From: Octopus sinensis
Lineage: Eukaryota
NCBI RefSeq assembly: GCF_006345805.1
Contig: NC_043007.1
Span: 39,742,001-39,806,000, forward strand
Length of the DNA: 64,000 nt
Reading direction: 5' to 3'
A program made the position numbers and the translations under genes. Each line of letters begins with the position of its first letter. The stretch's first letter is position 1. Positions 39,481 through 53,258 of this stretch are shown here, one piece after another. Under the pieces are notes generated by a model. The model was given only the letters and a program-made list of their open reading frames with translations. It ran no database searches and was not told the origin of the DNA.

Positions 39481-39710
39481 TCAAGGAACATCAGGAAAGG
39501 AACTATCTCCTGATCGAAATATCAGTCCCAACAGATAATATAATGTATGTTTCAAAAGAAATGGAGAAATTGTCCAAATGTAAAGAACTTAAAATAGCGA
39601 TAACCCGAATGAAAACAGAAAGAATCCTTCCAATAATAGGTGTTTTGAGAATGATAAAAAGAGATGTAGACATATAGGGTAACCAAATGCCAAATCTCAT
39701 ACCTTACATC
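39481..39710 (+). mobile_element. Decayed R4/Dong RLE-domain fragment
   Basis: YLLIEISVPTDNIMYVSKEMEKLSKCKELKIAITRM, compared with FLIDVSIPADDNVSLKEMEKLSKYKDLEIEVTRM. Confidence 0.75.
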
Positions 39711-39712
39711 CT

Positions 39713-39746
<34 letters not shown>

Positions 39747-39789
39747 TACAAACGCACATACACTCACACACATGTGTACATATGTAAGT

Positions 39790-39834
<45 letters not shown>

Positions 39835-39850
39835 AAAGCATGTGTGTATT

Positions 39851-39882
<32 letters not shown>

Positions 39883-40002
39883 GATATACACATATATACA
39901 TATATATAAATATATATATCTACATATACATATATATGTATATAGGTATGTGTAGATGTACATACACACACACACATATATATACATCATATATACATAT
40001 GG

Positions 40003-40048
<46 letters not shown>

Positions 40049-40077
40049 ATCTCTCCCTCTCTCTTCCTCTCTCTCTC

Positions 40078-40109
<32 letters not shown>

Positions 40110-40671
40110 CCTTTGCAACAAACAGAAAATAACACCACTAAACACTGAATACATATTACGTAATTTCAATGGAATATAAAAAAAATAGTCACACAAAAGA
40201 AAACCCTGCATATGCCCTAGGCCCTTAGGGCTGGCAATACAATGAAAAATAAATGCAATAAAAATAAGATTGCTGAATAATAATGATAGCCAAACCCGGG
40301 AAATTCCTCGGGTTTTGCTTGTGGATATAACTTCATGAACACAACATATTCAATCAATACTATTACTGCTAGAAATATAATTTCTTTTAGCTTAGCATAC
40401 GAGGCCTGTCAATTAAACGGGCTCAATGTGAATTTTCTTCTTCAATAACGATCGTGCAAAGTAAAATACACATAGGAACGTAAGTAACGGACGTAACTTA
40501 TTGAATGTCTTTCAGTAATAATCTAAACGTATAATTTACTTGTACTTTCTTTCGTACGTTATAGTCTGTATTGAAAACCGTATTGCATTTGTTTGTGATC
40601 AAAATTATATTTCGAGGACAGAACATTTTTCATTTCAAACATGAATATCGTTCCGTTCATATGCATATGAA

Positions 40672-41061
40672 AGTGGAGGCGCAATGGCCCAGTGGTTAGG
40701 GCAGCGGACTCGCGGTCGTAGGATCGCGGTTTCGATTCCCAGATCGAGCATTGTGAGTATTTATTGAGCGAAAACACCTGAAGCTTCACAAGGCTCCTGC
40801 AGGCGGTGGTGGTGAACCCTGCTGTACTCTTTCACCACAACTTTCTCTCACTCTTTCTTCCTGTTTCTGTTGTACCTGTATTTCAAAGGGCCAGCCTTGT
40901 CACACTCTGTGTCACGCTGAATCTCCTCGAGAACTACGTTAAGGGTACACGTGTCTGTGAAATGCTCAGCCACTTGCACGTTAATTCCACGAGCAAGCTG
41001 TTCCGTTGATCGTTTCAGCTGGGACCCTCATCGTCGTAACCGACGGAGTGCTCCTATTCCT
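40672..41061 (+). mobile_element. SINE-C, long-tail type, with TSD
   Basis: 13-bp TSD ATATGCATATGAA at 40659-71 and 41062-74. Confidence 0.9.
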
Positions 41062-41419
41062 ATATGCATATGAACGTCTTTTATAAGTAAAAAAAAATCT
41101 ACTTTCGAATAAACTTGGAGAGGCCTGATATGAAGGATAGGTAGATGGATGGTGTCCTTGTGTTACATATAGAATAAGACATAGATTATTGCGTGCTGTT
41201 ACAAGTGATGCAGAGTCGGACGAATTAATTTTCGTATTTACCTCTGGCTGTTTGCGCCCCGTTTTGAATTCCCTGCAGTGCCAAAATACAACTGTCTTTT
41301 TAGTAAAAGAAACACTATATTTGTAATAGTATTTCTACTTTCAAATGAATTTCTGGACCGTAACACACTAGGCTGGTAGTTTTGAAAGTTCCATAATAAT
41401 AATGATTTCAAATTTTTGC

Positions 41420-41600
41420 CACTGGGGCAGCTTGCGGAAGGGTTATTAAGTCGATTACATCGACCCCAATGCGTAACTGCTACATATTTAATCGAACCCG
41501 AAAGATGAAAAGCAAAGTCGACCTCGGCGGCTTTTGAACGAAATAACGCTAAACTTTTCGTCCAGTGTTCTAACGATTCTGCCACATCGCCGCCTTAATA
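41420..41600 (-). mobile_element. SINE-B
   Basis: Reverse-complement match to head and body. Confidence 0.75.
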
Positions 41601-41629
41601 GTGATAATAACAATAACAACAACAATAAT

Positions 41630-42178
41630 AATAGATGCAGTAGCAGGCAGTGGCTCTCATGACTTTTGATTTTAACTGATTGGAAGTGTTATCATGTATA
41701 TTGTTTTGTTTTGATATCAAAGATGGATTACAGAAAATATTCTGCACAACACCACAGAATTACTTGTCAGTCGCTTGACCATAACCAGTTAAGCATGTCA
41801 CTTAGTGGCTGATGATATGATCACGAGCAGAAATAGTGGGGGAGCATCATAACCAAGTGTTGAGAGGAGTTCTTTTGGGTTTAAAGAATTCATTTTTGGA
41901 AACATGAGTGTTTTGTTCAACAACGTTAAACGATCCATAATCGGGGACCTTTTTAGCAGGATGGACTACTCGACCTGAAGAAAATTCTAACTGGGCCCCA
42001 CCTGCAAGGTCATGCGCTGTTAATTTTAATATAAGATCACTAGGTCGCGCACAGATGGTTGTGATGTATGTGCCTGGTGTACCCTTATCAGGCAGTGTCA
42101 CTTTGAAAAGTAAAGACGGACAAAATGCCGCTAAGCATTTTGCTGAGCGTACTAGCGATTCTACCAGCACGCCGCATT
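41630..42178 (-). mobile_element. Family E copy fused to a SINE-B head, between (AAT)n tracts
   Basis: 41630-42105 is homologous to 56128-56528 and carries the atgagagccactgcctg end; 42105-42178 is a SINE-B head. Confidence 0.75.
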
Positions 42179-42224
<46 letters not shown>

Positions 42225-42590
42225 CTTATGAACAAAATGGGAGAAGCTAAACCCGGGTCTTCAAAACTACACACTACCCGAAACATAGCCCTACTAAAAA
42301 CAGCCCACATCCTACATCCTATCAATTCAATACTATCAAATACAATAATACAACCTAAACAAAACAATCGGCAAACACATGACACACTCTATAGAGCAAA
42401 TATCCAATGAAATAAACTACCACCAGCAGGCCGTAAATCAACGCTTTACACACAGAACACGCAAAGCAAACACTATCAAAAATATGCACCATACCCTATT
42501 AAAAAAGGGAACTGACGCAATACACTACCGAGAAGAGTTTGCACACCCCGAATAACAAGAAAGAACTAACAATACTGCACACACACCCAG
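42225..42590 (+). mobile_element. R4/Dong-type extreme 3' end and UTR (second subfamily), next to (AAT)n
   Basis: RNIALLKTAHIL; about 300 bp homologous to 43480-43790. Confidence 0.7.
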
Positions 42591-42739
42591 CAACATGGAG
42601 GTGTAGCAAGTGATACAGTTGAAATTTGACTGAAACTACCAGATGTTGAGCAATGATAGAAATACTCGTAATAAAGGAAATTTGATTAAGCGTTGAGCTG
42701 CTAGTTTAATAGTAGGCGATAGGTAAACAAATGTCGTTA

Positions 42740-43046
42740 AAAGCAAGAAAAAAGAAGCAAGATTATCTAACTGGCAAGAGAAGGCTTCGCTTGGTAGATT
42801 TCCAAAGATTGCTTCAGAAAATAGTAAAAGTGAGAAATGGCTGTGTTCGTAGAAAGGACGGCTGAAAAAGGAACAGAAGGTCTTTTTAGTAGTAGTACAA
42901 AGTCAGGTAGTGGGGACTAACTGGATAAAAGCTAAGATTGAGAAAAATCTGGTAGATTCTCAATGTAGGCCATATACATCAAAGGAAGAAAGTGTTACTC
43001 ATATAGTTAGTGGCTGTAATATGCTGGGACAGAAAGAATACGAGAA
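42740..43046 (+). mobile_element. R4/Dong fragment, ended by a SINE-B (43047-43260)
   Basis: NWQEKASLGRF...GTNWIKAKIEKNLVDSQCRPYTSKEESVTHIVSGCNMLGQKEYE. Confidence 0.8.
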
Positions 43047-43479
43047 AGGCGGTGAGCTAGCAGAGTGGTTAGTAGGTCGCATGAAATACTTAGCGGAATT
43101 TTGTCCCTCTTAAATTTCTGAGTTCAAATTCCGCCGTGGTTGATTTTGCCTTTCATCCTTTCAGAGTCGATAATATACGTAGCGGTTGAAAACTGGGGTC
43201 CATATTATCGATTTATCCCCTTCCCAAAATTGCCAGCCTTGTACCAAAATATAAAACCAATATTTTAGGGTTGAAAAAGTTACTTTGCACGATGTGTCAC
43301 ACACGTCACACTTTTTGGATCCTCTTCAAAAACTTTAGCATACATTTCAGGTAAAATAGTTTTTGATTAGTGCTTGCCTTGGTGATCAAATTTTACTGAG
43401 AATAATGCATCGAGACAATTCTTGTAAATGTTCGATATTTACAGTTTAGCGATTTCATAATTTGTGTTCTGATTGAACA

Positions 43480-43790
43480 AAACGGGAGAAGCTAAACCCG
43501 GGTCTTCAAAACTACACACTATCCAAAACATAGCCCTACTAGGAACAGCCCACGTCCTACATCCTATCAATTCAATATTATCAATACAATAATACAACCT
43601 AAACAAGACAATCGGCAAACACAAGATACACTCTATATAGCAAATATCCAATGAAATAAACTACCACTAGCAGGCCGTAAATCAACACACAGAACACACA
43701 AAACAAACACTATCAAAAATATGTACCACACCCTATAAAAAAAGGAACTGACGCAATACACTACCGGGAAGAGTCTGCACACATCACGCG
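43480..43790 (+). mobile_element. R4/Dong-type extreme 3' end and UTR (second subfamily)
   Basis: IQNIALLGTAHVL; homologous to 42225-42590. Confidence 0.7.
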
Positions 43791-44504
43791 AGAATGGTCC
43801 GTTACCTATGTGGCAAAAATGGAGAAGTGTCACTAGTTTTTCTTGTATCAGAGAAACCAGGGTTAGGAGTTCCTAATAGTACAATGTTGTTCTTTTTTGG
43901 TGGTATTGGCGTTGATGGTGGTTGTGGTGGTGTTGTGGTGGTTGTGGTTGTGGTGGTGGTGGTGGTGGTGGTAGTGGTGGTGGTGTCGGCGGCGGTGTGC
44001 AGATTTTCTCGTTCTTACATTTGTCTGTAGTGTCTCTACTGTTTATTTGTTTTGCGCTTATAAACATACTTTGAAGACGGCCAGCTGGCAAAATTATTAA
44101 TACGTTGGACAAAATGCTTAGCAACATTTCGTCCATCTTCAAGTTTTGAGTTCAAACTCTACCGAGGTCGACTTTGCCTTTCATATTCTTAGGTTCAATG
44201 AAATAGGTCCTTGTCAAGTACTGGAGTCGAAGTAATCGATTTCTCCCTTTCAAAAATCTACTGGTCCCGTGTCAAAATTTGAGACCACTATTGGTGTTCT
44301 TTCTCTTACGCTTTTGCTCTGTTAAAATTATTTCAAGTTTTCTTAATTAGAATGTAAATTAATCTTATATCTGCATTTGCAATATCCCCGATTACTTGGG
44401 AGATATTGTGACCAATAAGAGAAATTGTCATTAATATCTTTATTGATTTGGTTGCAGTTGTTGTTGCAGTCATTGTTGACGATGATGATGGGAAGGTTGA
44501 TATT

Positions 44505-44832
44505 GTTACTCTTTTACTCATTTACCCTTTACTTGTTTCATTCATTTGACTGCGGCCATGCTGGAGCACCACCTTTAGTCGAGCAAATCGACCCCAGGAC
44601 TTATTCTTTGTGAGCCTGGTACTTATTCTCTCGGTCTCTTTTGCCGAACCGCTAAGTTACGGGGACGTAAATACACCACCATCTGTTGTCAAGTGATGTT
44701 GCGGGTACACACACAGACACACAAACATATACACACATACATACATGCATACATACATACATACATACATACATACATACATACATACATACATACAGAC
44801 ATACATACATACATACATACATACATACCTAT

Positions 44833-44873
<41 letters not shown>

Positions 44874-45026
44874 CGACGGGCTTCTTTCAGTTTCCGTCTA
44901 CCAAATCTAATCACAAGTCTTTGGTTGGCCCGAGGCTATAGTAGAAGACACTTGCCCAAGGTGCCACGCAGTGGGACTGAACCCGGAACCATGTGGTTGG
45001 TAAGCAATCTACTTACCACACAGCCA
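44505..45026 (-). mobile_element. SINE-A with expanded internal (TACA)n(TA)n
   Basis: Full copy; internal microsatellite about 150 bp. Confidence 0.9.
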
Positions 45027-45265
45027 CTACAACGACGGCGATGTTGACGACGACGAAGGCGACGAAGACGACGCCTAAAATGACGGTGGTGAACGATGAA
45101 GAGGAGGAGGGTAGAAGCTACGTCGTCGACGACGACGACGACGACGCCGGTTACGATGATGATGACGATGATCATGATCATGATGAAAAGATGATAGACG
45201 TTGTTATGATGAAGATTTGTCATAGATTTGATGCAGATAGTGATGATGACGAAGTTTGAGGAACA

Positions 45266-45310
<45 letters not shown>

Positions 45311-45748
45311 GACACTTATGATGAGGACTATGACGACAATGCCGACGACGACGACAACAATGATGATGATGAAATTGATGGAGATGATGACGATCATCAT
45401 CATCATCACTGTCATCGTTGTGACCGTCATCATCACCTCGTCGTCATTATCATCGACATTATCATCGTCGTCACCAGCATTATCGTCTTCATGAAAGTAA
45501 TAATCGGCAATACTGAAACAATTGAGATGAAGTAAAAAAAACAAAAAAAGAAAGAACTAAATATATAAAAAGAAAGAAATAACTACAATATCAAGAAAAC
45601 ACCAAAGACAAACAACAAGAATCACTCCCCTACCCAAACAAAAGCCCTCGAAATCAACAACAACAACCAATACAACAACAAATTCGCTAATCAAACACCA
45701 GCACCACAAAATACATACATACATACATATATACATACATATATACCA

Positions 45749-45779
<31 letters not shown>

Positions 45780-45815
45780 CATATATGTATATATATATAT
45801 ATATTATATATATAA

Positions 45816-45882
<67 letters not shown>

Positions 45883-46519
45883 CATGTATTATGAACAAAT
45901 AAAGAAAACTCAGGCATAATGAACAAAGAAATAAACAATATCACCAAACATTGAGTTGATTGACATTCCAAATATAGATCGCGAAATTTAAATGAAAAAG
46001 CAGAATGCTGTATATACAATATAATATAATATAATATAATATAATATATAATATAAAAATAATATAATGTGATATAGTATAGAGGAAAATAGCGAAACGG
46101 AAACAGCACCGCTGACAAAGGGAACAGACAGGGTAGAAACATTGCACGAAACATCTAAAGCAATTGAGAGAGAAAATTTAATTGAAAGCCATATTGATAG
46201 ATTGTTAATTTTTAATAATTTATCATCATATTTATTTTGCTGGCTGGCTGGTCGGACGGATGGTTGGTTGGTTGGGAAGTTGGATGATGGAGTGTTAGGT
46301 GAGTTAAGGTAGATGGTGAAGTAGGCAGGTGAACGGGCTGGTGGGTGTTTCGTGAGGTGTTTGGTTTATTTCCTTGTTTCGTTGTTTGTTTGTTTTTTGT
46401 ATTTTTGTTTCTCTGATATATTTGAAAGACTTAGAAGAACAAGTTTTCAAAGTGCAGTTTTGTGTATACATACATATACATACTTACACACACGCACACA
46501 CACACACACACACACACAG

Positions 46520-46576
<57 letters not shown>

Positions 46577-46594
46577 ATGTACATATATGCATAC

Positions 46595-46645
<51 letters not shown>

Positions 46646-46695
46646 ATGTACATATATGCATACATATATATACACAATATGTCCAGGTATATAGG

Positions 46696-46743
<48 letters not shown>

Positions 46744-47959
46744 CGAGTGTGTGTGTAAGTGCATGCGTGCGCATGTGTACCTGTATGTGTGAATGTTTGT
46801 ATGCATGCACAAATTAAAAATATATACATACAGATAAATCTGAGACAGTTTACTCGTGTGTATATTCCTATGTGTATATACATTTATGTGTGTGTATGTG
46901 TGTGTATGTGTGTGTGTTTATGTATGTGTGTGTGCATATATATATGTATATATACATATATATACATATATATACATATATATACATATATACGTATATA
47001 TGTATATATATATTACGTATATACATATATATGTATATATACATAAATATATACATACATATATATATATATATTATATATATATATATATACATATATA
47101 TACATATATATATATACATATATACGTATATATGTATATATACATATATATATGTATATACACACACACATATATGTATATATATATATTATATATATAT
47201 ACACACATACACACACACAGATATATTCACACATATCCATCTATACATATATATTTCTATCTACAATTTCCCATTATTCACTGGTTATGTGAGAATAGAT
47301 TTCAGAATTTGTTTAATTATTAAATTGTTAAGTATTAAAAAAAAAATAAATTAACGAATTTTTCAAAGAAAAAATGAAAATATAAAGAACAAAAAAAGAA
47401 AGAAGATTCTGCCACAACGCCACTAATATCAATATCAATAAAATTTTAAAAAAATAAAAACAAAAATAAATAAACAGTATAAAATGTTCAAAAACGAAAA
47501 CCAACAGCAGCGCCAACAACACCATCTGCACCAATTACACCACCGCCGCAAACACCAACCTTAATAGCAACCTAACCAACACCTCCATAAATATTGAAAC
47601 AACCACAACAAAAATATATAAAGAGTATAAAAAAACCCATCAAAGACAATAACAACATTTCGATAATTAATACCAACAAAAAATATCGCTTGATTCTTAA
47701 AGAATATTGTGAATATAACAAAACAAAATGGCCGTCCTCATGTTTTTTGGTTTTTTTTTCTTTCTGCGTCTTTTTATTTTTATCTGACATTTTCGAGGCG
47801 ATTCAGAGAATTAAAAAAAAAATGCGGGTTTTCATTTTCTTATACGTATTTGTTATTTGCAGTTTTGTGTTTTTTTCATGGGGGGAGGGGTAATTTCACA
47901 CAGGAAGACTGAGTACGAACGCTAAACACCGAGTCAAATCTTTTGGAAGAGCTCAACGA

Positions 47960-48030
47960 TGCTTTATATATGACCGGAAGTTACTGGAGACTGCTTTTGC
48001 AATAACTTCCGCCATTTTCTTTTAGCGCGC
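47960..48030. promoter_or_regulatory. Candidate ETS + YY1 motif cluster
   Basis: CCGGAAGT 47974-81, ACTTCCG 48005-11, CCGCCATTTT 48009-18, in non-repetitive sequence flanked by long A/T tracts. Motif evidence only. Confidence 0.3.
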
Positions 48031-48281
48031 TCTAAAATAACATTATTTATTGCATTTCTTTCTTTTCCACTTTCTTTTCTTATTTATTTTTTGGTTCGAA
48101 ATTTTTATTTTACTTCTTGTTATGAATTCCCATTTTTTTTTTGTTTTTGAATTTTCATATCTTCTTTTTAATTTTTTGATTCCGAATAAGGAAAAACACG
48201 GACGCACAGGCGAACAAATGGACACACAGTCGCAGACACACTACTACACATGAGTCATTTACACATACACCGACAAACGTT

Positions 48282-48314
<33 letters not shown>

Positions 48315-48659
48315 TATATACATACACACACAAGTATAAACATATACATATATGTATATATATATGTATACATGTATATATATATATATATAATAATATA
48401 TATACATATACAAGAGAAAAAGAGAGAGAGAGAGAGAGAGGAAGAAAGAGAGAGAATATTAATGACAAACTGAATATTAAAAATATAAAAAAAGGCCGAA
48501 GAATAAATCTTCTAAAAAAATACAGGTGAAAGGTCTATGCTAGCAAATGAAAAAAAAAGGGAAATGAATAATGAAATATGAAATACTATAAATAAATAAA
48601 TAAAATTATTATTATCATTAATAATAATAACAACAACAAGAACAACAACAACAGTAATA

Positions 48660-48700
<41 letters not shown>

Positions 48701-49164
48701 GTAAGAACAATGATATGAATCCAGTAAATAAAGGAAGCACTAACAATATTTAAAATAACAATTATTATAAATTATATTAATGATATAAACAACAACAAAT
48801 GATTACTGACAATAACAAACAATAAAATAATCAAGGTATTGCGACCACCCCCACCAACGATCTCCACCACCACGCTTTCCAGCACCACCACCACCGCGAA
48901 AGGTACAATTACAAACGAAAGTAACAACGAGAATAATAACAATAATTCAAATTTTCGCACAAGCCCTGCAATATCAGAGAAGGGATTGAATCTATTGTAT
49001 CGACCCCTGAGCTCAACTGGTACTCACCTAGTACCCAAAAGGATGGAAGGTAAAGTGGACATCGGCAAAACTTGAACTCAGAACATAGAGGAGCAAAACT
49101 GTCATTTGCGTTTTCTCCGGCGTGCTAACGATTAAGCCAGCAATAACAACAACAACAAAAACAA

Positions 49165-49547
49165 TAACGTAGATTAAAAGATGTAACTGATCCCCTGGAT
49201 TACAATATATTTCTAAAGGAATTTGGCAAATGATGTAAATATAAATACAAAAGATATGGCATCTTAAAGTGAGAACTGTCACTGTTATTGTGGGTGCCTT
49301 TGGTGTGATAAGAAAGGGATATCAGAAACATCTTGATGAGATCCCAGGAGAACCATGTCTCAGAGAAATCTTAAAGAATGTGCCCACATCCTTAAAAAAA
49401 CCCTATAAATTTAAATGTATGTGTTAGATGAAGATATTTCGCTACTGCCTCTGCCAATTACCCTCCTCAGTCGTTCAGTCATACTGTAACATCTCTTATC
49501 CTTCACTCGCCCTAGGATGGTCGGTGTGTTCATGCAGATTAAAAGTA

Positions 49548-49548
<1 letters not shown>
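49165..49548 (+). mobile_element. Decayed R4/Dong-type 3' end followed by (AAT)n
   Basis: IWHLKVRTVTVIVGAFGVIRKGYQKHLDEIPGEPCLREI..AHILKKTL. Confidence 0.7.
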
Positions 49549-49603
<55 letters not shown>

Positions 49604-49744
49604 TAATAATAATAATAATGATAATAATAATAATAATAATGATAATAATAATAACAATAATAACAATAATAATAACAATAATAATAATAATAATAATAAT
49701 ATAATAATAATAATAATAATAATATCAATATATAGTGGCGGGTG

Positions 49745-49940
49745 GTGGGGCATCATAGTCATGTGTTGAAAGGAATTCTTTGGGGTTTGGATAATTCAAC
49801 TCTGGAAACATGGGAGTTTCGTTCAACATCCTTAAACAAACCTTATTCAGGAACGTTTTGAGCAGGATGGGATACTGGACCTGAAGAAAATTCTAACTGG
49901 GCCGTACCTGCAGAGTCATGTGCTGTTTATCTTCATAAGG
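49745..49940 (-). mobile_element. Family E fragment next to (AAT)n
   Basis: cctgaagaaaattctaactgggcc..cctgca shared with 41970 and with the reverse complement of ~56290-56320. Confidence 0.75.
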
Positions 49941-50229
49941 GATTACCATGTCACACACATTTTGTTGTGATGTCCCTGTGGAGTGTCTTTTACGCTAGCT
50001 CCTGTGGAGGGCTCTTCATTGGGCCTTGAGCCCAATAATGACACTTCATGTATTGAGTACATATTAAATTGTATTAAACTTGACCAATATTTTTGAATCA
50101 ATGAACAACTTTCGTCAAAACAGTGATATATGTCGACGTGGAACTTATAGCAAAGCTTCTTGATAAACAACATTTTTTGTCTTCCCATTCGGGGTCAGTA
50201 CAATTTTTTCTGTCTAGCCTCTTTCTTTA

Positions 50230-50270
<41 letters not shown>

Positions 50271-50654
50271 TCTGTCGATTGTTTTCAACCATCACCAGTA
50301 CAACCACCACAACTGCCATACACACACCATTCAGACATTTGACGCCACCACCATCAACACCTTTGACTTCGCCGCCTTCCCCTCCACCACCATCAGTACT
50401 GTCTTTCACATCCCTTACTATCACCAGCATGGTTACGGTTGTAAGAAGGGAAGATGACCAATTTGTTAATTATAAATAATTAACTTCCTTATCTCCATTT
50501 TTTCTTCTCATAGCTGAATATAAACTATATACTTAATATATACATATTGTTTTAAGGGAATTTCATTCCCCAACCATACTAGCACTTCCTTGGGTGCAAC
50601 CGTCCCTTCACGACGTTAATATATCCTCTAATTATATATCTCATTTTTCTCTTT

Positions 50655-50937
50655 TCTCGTTTACTTGTTTCAGTCATTTGACTGCGGCCATGCTGGAGCA
50701 CCGCCTTTAATCGAGCAACTCGACCCCGGGGCTTATTCTTTTGTAAGGCCAGTACTTATTCTATCGGTCTCTTTTGCCGAACCGCTAAGTAACGGGGACA
50801 TAAACACACCAGTATCGGTTGTCAAGCTTTGGTCGGCCCGAGGCTATAGTAGAAGACACTTGCCCAAGGTGCCACGCAGCGGGACTGAACCCGGAACCAT
50901 GTGGTTGGTAAACAAGCTACTTACCACACAGACACTC
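50655..50937 (-). mobile_element. SINE-A with internal deletion
   Basis: ggttgtcaagc joined directly to tttggtcggcccg; microsatellite region absent. Confidence 0.85.
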
Positions 50938-51524
50938 CTATATATATATATATTTGTAAAACTGCCACTGCTGAGTTTAGAACTCCATGTAGATTATCGT
51001 CATCCAGCCTTGTTTGGTTGCTATTGTATTTAGAAATATTATCGAGTATGATATACAAACCAAATTTAGTAGAAATTACAATAAACATAGAATTATGTTA
51101 TTAGCGCTTAGGAATATTTCAACATTGTGGTTGACTTGAAGTCTTCATTAGATGTCACAAGTGCATTTGGACACACTTAAACAACAACATATTAATTAAG
51201 GGAACACTTTATTGCGTTGTGTCAAGGGAAAACTAATGTTACATAGTTCTTATGACCTAAAGTTGACATTAGTTCTCTGTAGCAAAATGCAATACACTGT
51301 TCCCCTGATGATCCGTTCTGATCAGGCAGCCAATTGCACTTGGAACGGCCAATGTAGAGTAGCAAACAGACACAATGGTAAAACCTACGCAGAAACAAAT
51401 AATATAAACTTGCGTTTAATTATCGTAATTTGCCGGATCCATCCATCCATCCATCCATCCATCCATCCATCCATCCATCCATCCATCCAAATATACATGT
51501 ATACATACATACATACATACATAC

Positions 51525-51912
51525 AGGTGTGGCTGTGTGGTAAGAAGCTTGCTTCCCAACCGTATGGTTCCATATTCAGTCCCACAACGTGACACCTTCG
51601 ACAAGTGTCACCTAATATAGCCTCGGGCCAAGCCTTGTGAGTGGATTTGTTAGACAGGAACTGGAGCAAGCTCGTCATATATATATATATATACATATGT
51701 GTGTGTGTTTGTCAACCCACCTTCGCTTGACAACCGACATTGGTGAATTTACGTCCTCGTAACTTAGCAGTTCGGCACAAGAGGCCGATGGAATAAGTAC
51801 TAGGGTTGCAAACAATAATCCCTGGGGTTGATTTGCTCGACTAAAACCCCTTAAAGTGGAGCTTCGGCATGGCCGCAGTTAAATGACTGAAACAAGTAAA
51901 AGAATAAAAGAA
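51525..51912 (+). mobile_element. SINE-A
   Basis: Full, more diverged copy. Confidence 0.85.
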
Positions 51913-52742
51913 TATATACATGCATATCCATGTGAATGTATGTATGTATGTATGTATGTATGTATGTATGTATGTATGTATGTATATGTATGTATGAGTG
52001 CGTGTGTGTATGTATGTATGTTGTAAGAAAGATGAGAGAGTGTGAGATACAATACACTCTGAAAGGTCCCTGTAAAAAAATGCAAAATTACACTACAAAC
52101 TCACTACATGCATTCAACTCGTCTATTTTCCACGAACGAAAAACGAAACCTTATATATTCACTTATCCTTATATGTTTATCGCCTCAAAATCGTTCAGTT
52201 ATTTTTTATTTTTTTATTTCACCGTTTTCAACCTTCACATAGCGTAATTAACGCATCAACATTCCTCACTATATCATAATACCTAGTTTAATGTATCAAA
52301 CTATGAATATATTAAATGCCTCGCTTAGATAATTATCCAATAAGTTAAGCTATTTAATATCTTAATAGCTTAACCTGTCTCACTCTACGTCTTATATAAC
52401 GATGTGGCATACTCTTTCTTCCTCTCTCTTGTTTTCTCTCTATAACCATCCATATACATGTGTGTCTTTATGTATGTGTACAAGTCTAGTTTTAATAAAA
52501 TATATATTGCTTCATCATAAATGTATCTATCCCATTAAGGTAACTACCCACAAACGATATACAAGTAACAAAGTAAGGAAATCGCCCCATTTCAACCTTT
52601 TTTCAAAGTCATGCGCCATTTCAAATTATTTCTCAATAAATTTAGTGGTTTAATCGGCGTTCTCATCAGTACTTGGCGTCAAAATGGACATTTAAGATAT
52701 GTATACTAACTTTTATATCTATTTTGTTATCTATAAATTTCT

Positions 52743-52974
52743 TATTTCTTACTACCTACAAGGGGCTAAACACAGAGGGGATGAACAAGGACAGACAAAC
52801 GGATTAAGTCGATTATATCGACCTCAGTGCGTAACTGGTACTTAATTTATCGACCCTGAAAGGATGAAAGGCAAAGTCGACCTCGGCGGAATTTGAACTC
52901 AGAACGTAACGGCAGACGAAATACGGCTACTCATTTCGCCCGGCGTGCCAACGTTTCTGCCAGCTCGCCGCCTT
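52743..52974 (-). mobile_element. SINE-B, tail type i, full length with TSD
   Basis: 13-bp TSD TCTATAAATTTCT at 52730-42 and 52975-87. Confidence 0.9.
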
Positions 52975-53007
52975 TCTATAAATTTCTCTCTATCTTATCT
53001 AAAAATT

Positions 53008-53068
<61 letters not shown>

Positions 53069-53099
53069 TTATCTGTCTGACTCTTTGCCTCTGTCTCTC

Positions 53100-53144
<45 letters not shown>

Positions 53145-53258
53145 TATTAACATGTACGCATGCATGTAAAGAGTAAATTCAAATATGCAATAAAAAACAC
53201 AATACCGAAGAGACAATGTTTCAAAGATACGGTATTACCTTAAATCTTAAATAGTATG

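Noticed and set aside
44936-45544. Acidic or poly-Met ORFs (also 27697-28301)
   Set aside because: (GAT/GAC)n low-complexity tracts; one ORF begins inside a SINE.
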